From Histomonas meleagridis 2922-C6/04-290x (taxonomy: Eukaryota > Protista > Parabasalia), in the NCBI GenBank assembly GCA_020184695.1, contig JAANOX010000190.1, positions 1 through 64,000 on the forward strand: a DNA stretch of 64,000 bases, read 5' to 3'. The position numbers and the translations under genes were made by a program. This document shows, one piece after another, positions 59,563 through 64,000 of this stretch. Under the pieces are notes generated by a model. It saw only the letters and a list, made by a program, of their open reading frames with translations. It did no database searches and was not told the origin of the DNA. How positions within the stretch are numbered: position 1 is the first letter of the stretch; every line of letters begins with the position of its first letter.

Positions 59563-60615
59563 TTATGAAAAATTTTTATTCATCACGAATGCTTCATAAT
59601 ACAATTGCTGTGTTACGATAGCATCCGACTGATACTTCAGTTTTTCGACGATGTTGTCCATGAATCCTTTTCTATCCAATGCGGGCACCAAATACAGCAA
59701 ATGCTTGATCAATGTGTCGAAGTGCTTTGGCCTGTTCAACATGTTCTGGTAACTTGTCTCGATGCATTCGCTTAAGATTTCTTTTCTCTTTTGGAACGTG
59801 CCGAAGTCCGCCAACGACAACACAAGTAAATACTGCGGACTTTTGAAGATGAAGAACTCCAAATTCGAAAATATTTGGTAATAAATCGTTTCGTAATCAT
59901 CCGTGTTAACCTTAGATATGATCGAACATAACCCGTGAACAAATTCGTCAGTCTTCGCAAGTGATATAAAGTTTGGAACAATCGATGAAAAGATATCTGT
60001 AAGTAAATGAATTGGTATAATGTCAATGATCAATTTAAGATATAAACATGATAATGAGGAACTGCTTCTCCAATCAAACTTTAATAAAGGCGAAAGAATT
60101 TGTTCGTTTTCTTTGTATTCTTTGATGGTGTTTTTAAGTAATAATGGATACTCACGTGAATTATTGTTTCGAAAAGCAGATATAATAACAGTGGGTAACG
60201 AAGCGGCATAGTCAAGATGCTTAAATGTGATAACTAACGTCGAAAGAAGATTGCAGCCGGAATTAAATTGCATGAGCTTTTCAACGTTTTGGAGTAATGC
60301 ATGATTCCATACAACACATTCATATGAAATTTTCATATGGATATTGTATATAAATGAAATACCAGCTTCATGAGCAAGTAATATATGATAACACTTTATA
60401 AGAGACATCAAAAACCATTCATCAGAATGCCTGCCAGAATATAGCTGGACAAGCTGCTTACGTGCTTTTGAGTAATATATTAAGGTTTCTATTTTATTAC
60501 GAGCCGCCGTAAGTGTTGATATTTCAGCAATACTATTAGTTGGTGTATTGGCTTGGGGTGTGGGTGATCTGTATTGATATCTTCGTGACTGTTGCTGTTG
60601 TCTATTTGTGTTCAT
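59563..60615 (-). CDS. Hypothetical helical-repeat protein (ARM/Puf-like, tentative)
   Basis: First ATG is at 60615; helical pattern such as LMQFNSGCNLLSTL. Confidence 0.6.
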   Translation of the reverse strand: MNTNRQQQQSRRYQYRSPTPQANTPTNSIAEISTLTAARNKIETLIYYSKARKQLVQLYSGRHSDEWFLMSLIKCYHILLAHEAGISFIYNIHMKISYECVVWNHALLQNVEKLMQFNSGCNLLSTLVITFKHLDYAASLPTVIISAFRNNNSREYPLLLKNTIKEYKENEQILSPLLKFDWRSSSSLSCLYLKLIIDIIPIHLLTDIFSSIVPNFISLAKTDEFVHGLCSIISKVNTDDYETIYYQIFSNLEFFIFKSPQYLLVLSLADFGTFQKRKEILSECIETSYQNMLNRPKHFDTLIKHLLYLVPALDRKGFMDNIVEKLKYQSDAIVTQQLYYEAFVMNKNFS

Positions 60616-61170
60616 TTGCGCCCATTCCCAATAACGGCTATGCCGACCCAAAAGTGTCTTATAACCGCTATTTTTTCACTACATGTAAAATATTCAAATA
60701 TGATGTAAAACATACAAATCATCCTCACTAAACCTTTAATCAGACCATTGGTCTTACAGAAAATTTCTTAATTAATTAATAAAGCACTACATGCACATTT
60801 TATAACATAACCATTGAAGCTATAAATATCAAAGAATGATAGAATAATTTGTTATTATTAAATGATTCATTTTGTGCTTTGTGATGAAAGAATAAATTTA
60901 CAGAATTATGCAAACTTATCTTGTTTTTTAAAGGAAAATATTTGATTTAATTATATTTATGAATACCAGTATATATTAATTTTTTTTTGAAAAATTGAAG
61001 CTTATTTAGAAGTGTTTTCTTGATAACCAACTGTCTATTTCAGATTATTTGCTGGGTAATTACCACAATTACCGCCAATTGAATCTTTGCTTCTTTCACC
61101 TTCATGAAGTTCTGAAACTGGGGGTATGACACTTTTCTATAGTCAGAACTAGAAATAAACTGAAGAATCA

Positions 61171-62388
61171 ATGCTGACTGAACTAAACAAACACATCTTA
61201 GAACAAGCAAGCAAATTTGATACGTTTTATCTATATAACGAAAAACAAATCCTAGAAAGCATTGATAGAATTAAACAAAATTTTCCAGATATAGATTTTC
61301 TTTATTCAATTAAGTGTAATTCAAATCCTCATGTGCTAAGCACTGTTTTTTCTCATGGGCTTGAGGCAGATGCAGCAAGCAAAGGAGAAGTACTAATTTC
61401 ATGTGAGGTGGGTCTTCCTAAAGAAAAGATATATTATTCTGCACCAGGTAAAACAATTTCCGATATAGAGCAGACCATCACAAAATCAATTCTTATTGCT
61501 GATAGTATTGACGAAATCCTTCGTATAGAATCGATCGCCAAACGCATGAATATTCAAGTTTCTATAGGAATTCGTCTTAATCCCAATTTCACATTTTACA
61601 GTGACCGTGGTAATCTATCTAAGTTTGGAATTGATGAAGATCAAGCTATTGCATTTATTAAGAACACCACACTACAAAATACAAAAATAAATGGCATACA
61701 TGTTCACCTCAAAAGCCAAGAATTAAACCCACATGTTCTTTCTAAGTATTACACTCGAATGCTTTTACTTGCAGAAGAGTGGGAAAGCCTTACGGGCGGA
61801 CTTTCATTTCTAAACTTAGGATCTGGTTTTGGGGTACCCCAACGATCGAATGATACTTCACTTGACTTGTCAATTCTTTCATCAGAAATCAACCCTCAAT
61901 TTAAGAAATTTAAAGAAAAACATCCAAACACTCGAATAATCATTGAAACTGGTCGTTATGTTGTATGTAAAAGTGGTTATTATATTATGAAAGTTTTGGA
62001 TCGAAAAGTTTCGATGGGTAAAATCTTCATCATAATAAAAAATACTTTAAATGGCTTTATTAGGCCCTCCATTGCAGAGCTAATAAAGAAGTATGCTTCG
62101 GAGGATGATCCCGCTGGAACAGAACCTTTGTTTACTGCAAGCAATGCATTCCAGTTCTTTACGTTGAAGGATGATAAACCTTCTGAAACAGTTTCTTTAG
62201 TAGGAAACTTATGCACAGCTGCAGATGTTGTGGCGGAGGACATATTGATGCCTCATCTTGAATATGGAGATGTTATTGGGATAACAAATGCTGGAGCATA
62301 CGCAGCAGTGCTATCGCCAATGCAGTTTTCTTCACAGGAAAAGCCAGTGGAATTGTTCCTAACTTCGGACGGATGTATAAAACAGTAA
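61171..62388 (+). CDS. lysA: Fold-type III PLP-dependent decarboxylase, diaminopimelate decarboxylase-like, bacterial type
   Basis: LYSIKCNSN (PLP lysine), ADAASKGE, GIRLNP, SKFGID, GIHVHLKSQ, NLGSGFG, IETGRYVV, GNLCTAAD, NAGAYA. Confidence 0.8.
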   Translation: MLTELNKHILEQASKFDTFYLYNEKQILESIDRIKQNFPDIDFLYSIKCNSNPHVLSTVFSHGLEADAASKGEVLISCEVGLPKEKIYYSAPGKTISDIEQTITKSILIADSIDEILRIESIAKRMNIQVSIGIRLNPNFTFYSDRGNLSKFGIDEDQAIAFIKNTTLQNTKINGIHVHLKSQELNPHVLSKYYTRMLLLAEEWESLTGGLSFLNLGSGFGVPQRSNDTSLDLSILSSEINPQFKKFKEKHPNTRIIIETGRYVVCKSGYYIMKVLDRKVSMGKIFIIIKNTLNGFIRPSIAELIKKYASEDDPAGTEPLFTASNAFQFFTLKDDKPSETVSLVGNLCTAADVVAEDILMPHLEYGDVIGITNAGAYAAVLSPMQFSSQEKPVELFLTSDGCIKQ

Positions 62389-62700
62389 ATTATGTTATAA
62401 ATAAAGAGCATAATATTTAGTGAAAGAGAATATTCATAAAATGATAAATTTGTTTGGATAATTTTTCCATTTAGTAAAAATAAATGAATATCTTTCACAA
62501 AGTGATGTTGTTTCCTAAAGTTTTTTGATATTATCATTTGGAATTTTTGGAGTTTCATATTTTTAATTTTACTGGAATAAGAAGAATAATTAAGGATAAT
62601 TTATTTTATGACAAATTTATGGAAAAAATTTAAACAATCAAAGATTAAAAACATTTTAAATTGTTTAAATATGTGTATTGTTTAACAGATTTATTGAATA

Positions 62701-62850
62701 ATATCATATGTCGAGAACCCATTTGTTCAATGTACAAATTATTCCTATTATGAAAATGATGGAATTCTTTATAACGAAGATATCATAGATATTATTTGTT
62801 ATCCAATAGGAAAAGAAGATAAAACATTTGAATTTGGGATCTCATCATGA
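62701..62850 (+). pseudogene. BspA-like fragment
   Basis: ENPFVQCTNYSYYENDGILYNEDIIDIICYPIGKEDKTFEF matches the DG(V/I)L(F/Y)...CYP.G motif of BspA-like proteins; no start, ends in TGA. Confidence 0.55.
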
Positions 62851-63031
62851 TGAGTTTAAAATTTTAACCAATTGATTTATCTTCGTTTGGTAATAGAAAT
62901 AAATCTAATTTGTTAGAGCATCGCTCTAGCTTCAATATAACAGATTATTACAAGAATTTTCTTTTGTTTCTAAACTGATTAGATTTTTATGATTGTCACT
63001 TTTTATCAATAAACGTATTTTCCCAAAATCA

Positions 63032-64000
63032 ATGCGACCAAAACTTCATCAACTCCAAAGTGTCATTGCCCACGAAGGTGAAATCAATGCAATGGCACTT
63101 GGACATCGAACTGGTTCAGTTTTTGCTACAGGCGGTGATGATCGATTTCTTCATTTATGGTCAATTGGAAGTAATAATCCTCGTGCTTCATTTGGGCCAT
63201 TTCAAAGCCCCATCACAGTTTGTAAATTTGACAGTACAGAAGAATCAATAATTTGTGGCAATAATGGTGGAACTGTTATGCATTTTGATCTGAATGGATC
63301 TAGGTGTATTTCAAATTGGGCTGCCCACAGATCAGCAGTTCTTGGCCTTGCTTTTCATCCTCAAAATCCCAAATTAGTTTTATCTTGTGGTTATGATGGA
63401 AAATTACATATTCTTAGTTCTGGGCAACGACGACCAATTCAAAGTTATAATGCTCATAATGGACCAGCCAATCATGTTTCAATTTCCAGTGATGGTCGTT
63501 ATGCAGCAACTTGTGGTGATGATAAAACAGTTCGAGTTTTCGATCTTTCAGCACAGAAACAACTTTTTAAATTCGACAGCCACACAGACTCTGTTACGTG
63601 CGTTGAATTCCATCCAACCGATCCAATTCTTATATCTTCTAGTGTTGATCGGTCGATCAGATTCTATGATCTTATTGCACAAAAAGAGATTCCAGTATCA
63701 TTTCCACTTGATTCTGCGCCCGTTGACATTGTTTCCTTCTCCCCAACGCATAACGTTGCGTTTTCCATATCTGCTGATTATCTTAAGATCGTTGGATGGA
63801 ATCCACCAGAGTTTTTTGACCACTTTACTGTTGGCCTTGAGAAGCCACACGACGTCTCCATTGACGAACAACTCATAACTATTGCCTCCTCTCGACATGA
63901 TTGCGCATTAATACATCGAATGCGTCTCAGCAACTTAAAACCATTTTCGCACATGAGCACACAGAGTTTAAGTCCTCTCTCAGAGCCCAAAAAGCATTCA
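63032..64000 (+). CDS. KATNB1: Katanin p80 WD40 subunit-like (3'-truncated by the window)
   Basis: My own translation from ATG 63032: LQSVIAHEGEINAMALGHRTGSVFATGGDDRFLHLWSIG...VEFHPTDPILISSSVDRSIRFYDL; open to the window end, so it is absent from the ORF track. Confidence 0.8.
   Translation, partial: MRPKLHQLQSVIAHEGEINAMALGHRTGSVFATGGDDRFLHLWSIGSNNPRASFGPFQSPITVCKFDSTEESIICGNNGGTVMHFDLNGSRCISNWAAHRSAVLGLAFHPQNPKLVLSCGYDGKLHILSSGQRRPIQSYNAHNGPANHVSISSDGRYAATCGDDKTVRVFDLSAQKQLFKFDSHTDSVTCVEFHPTDPILISSSVDRSIRFYDLIAQKEIPVSFPLDSAPVDIVSFSPTHNVAFSISADYLKIVGWNPPEFFDHFTVGLEKPHDVSIDEQLITIASSRHDCALIHRMRLSNLKPFSHMSTQSLSPLSEPKKHS

Noticed and set aside
1-64000. tRNA, rRNA or snRNA genes
   Set aside because: None recognised by eye; a covariance-model scan (tRNAscan-SE, Infernal) would be needed to exclude them.

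Overview
AT-rich eukaryotic protist DNA, most likely a parabasalid (Tritrichomonas/Trichomonas-like). This is inferred from the gene content: an IBD initiator-binding protein, an R2R3 Myb, a multi-TM class III cyclase, DUF3447-type ankyrin genes, BspA relics, a D,D34D mariner, Inr-like TCA motifs before ATGs, and largely intronless genes. Ordinary genes include a Sec7-PH ArfGEF, a TBC protein, a U2AF35-like factor, a WDR11-like protein, a beta-adaptin, a talin-like FERM protein, katanin p80 (runs off the window end) and a bacterial-type PLP decarboxylase (lysA-like). The most unusual feature lies in three ankyrin loci (13116-14390 -, 19957-21948 -, 38271-41584 +). In each, every ~90-nt ankyrin module (TAL...INAKD) is stop-free, but is separated from the next by a conserved AT-rich spacer inserted at the same position in the beta-hairpin linker. 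The spacers are 60-81 or 180 nt, are built from a ~20-nt unit, have no GT..AG ends, and usually break the frame or contain stops. In one pair counted by hand, the spacer is better conserved between loci than the coding module. The triplet just before each TAL is hypervariable but never a stop. This suggests an undescribed class of non-canonical intervening sequences or a modular ankyrin diversification system; the mechanism cannot be determined from DNA alone. Several single-A homopolymer frameshifts suggest long-read assembly errors, so single-base details need caution.
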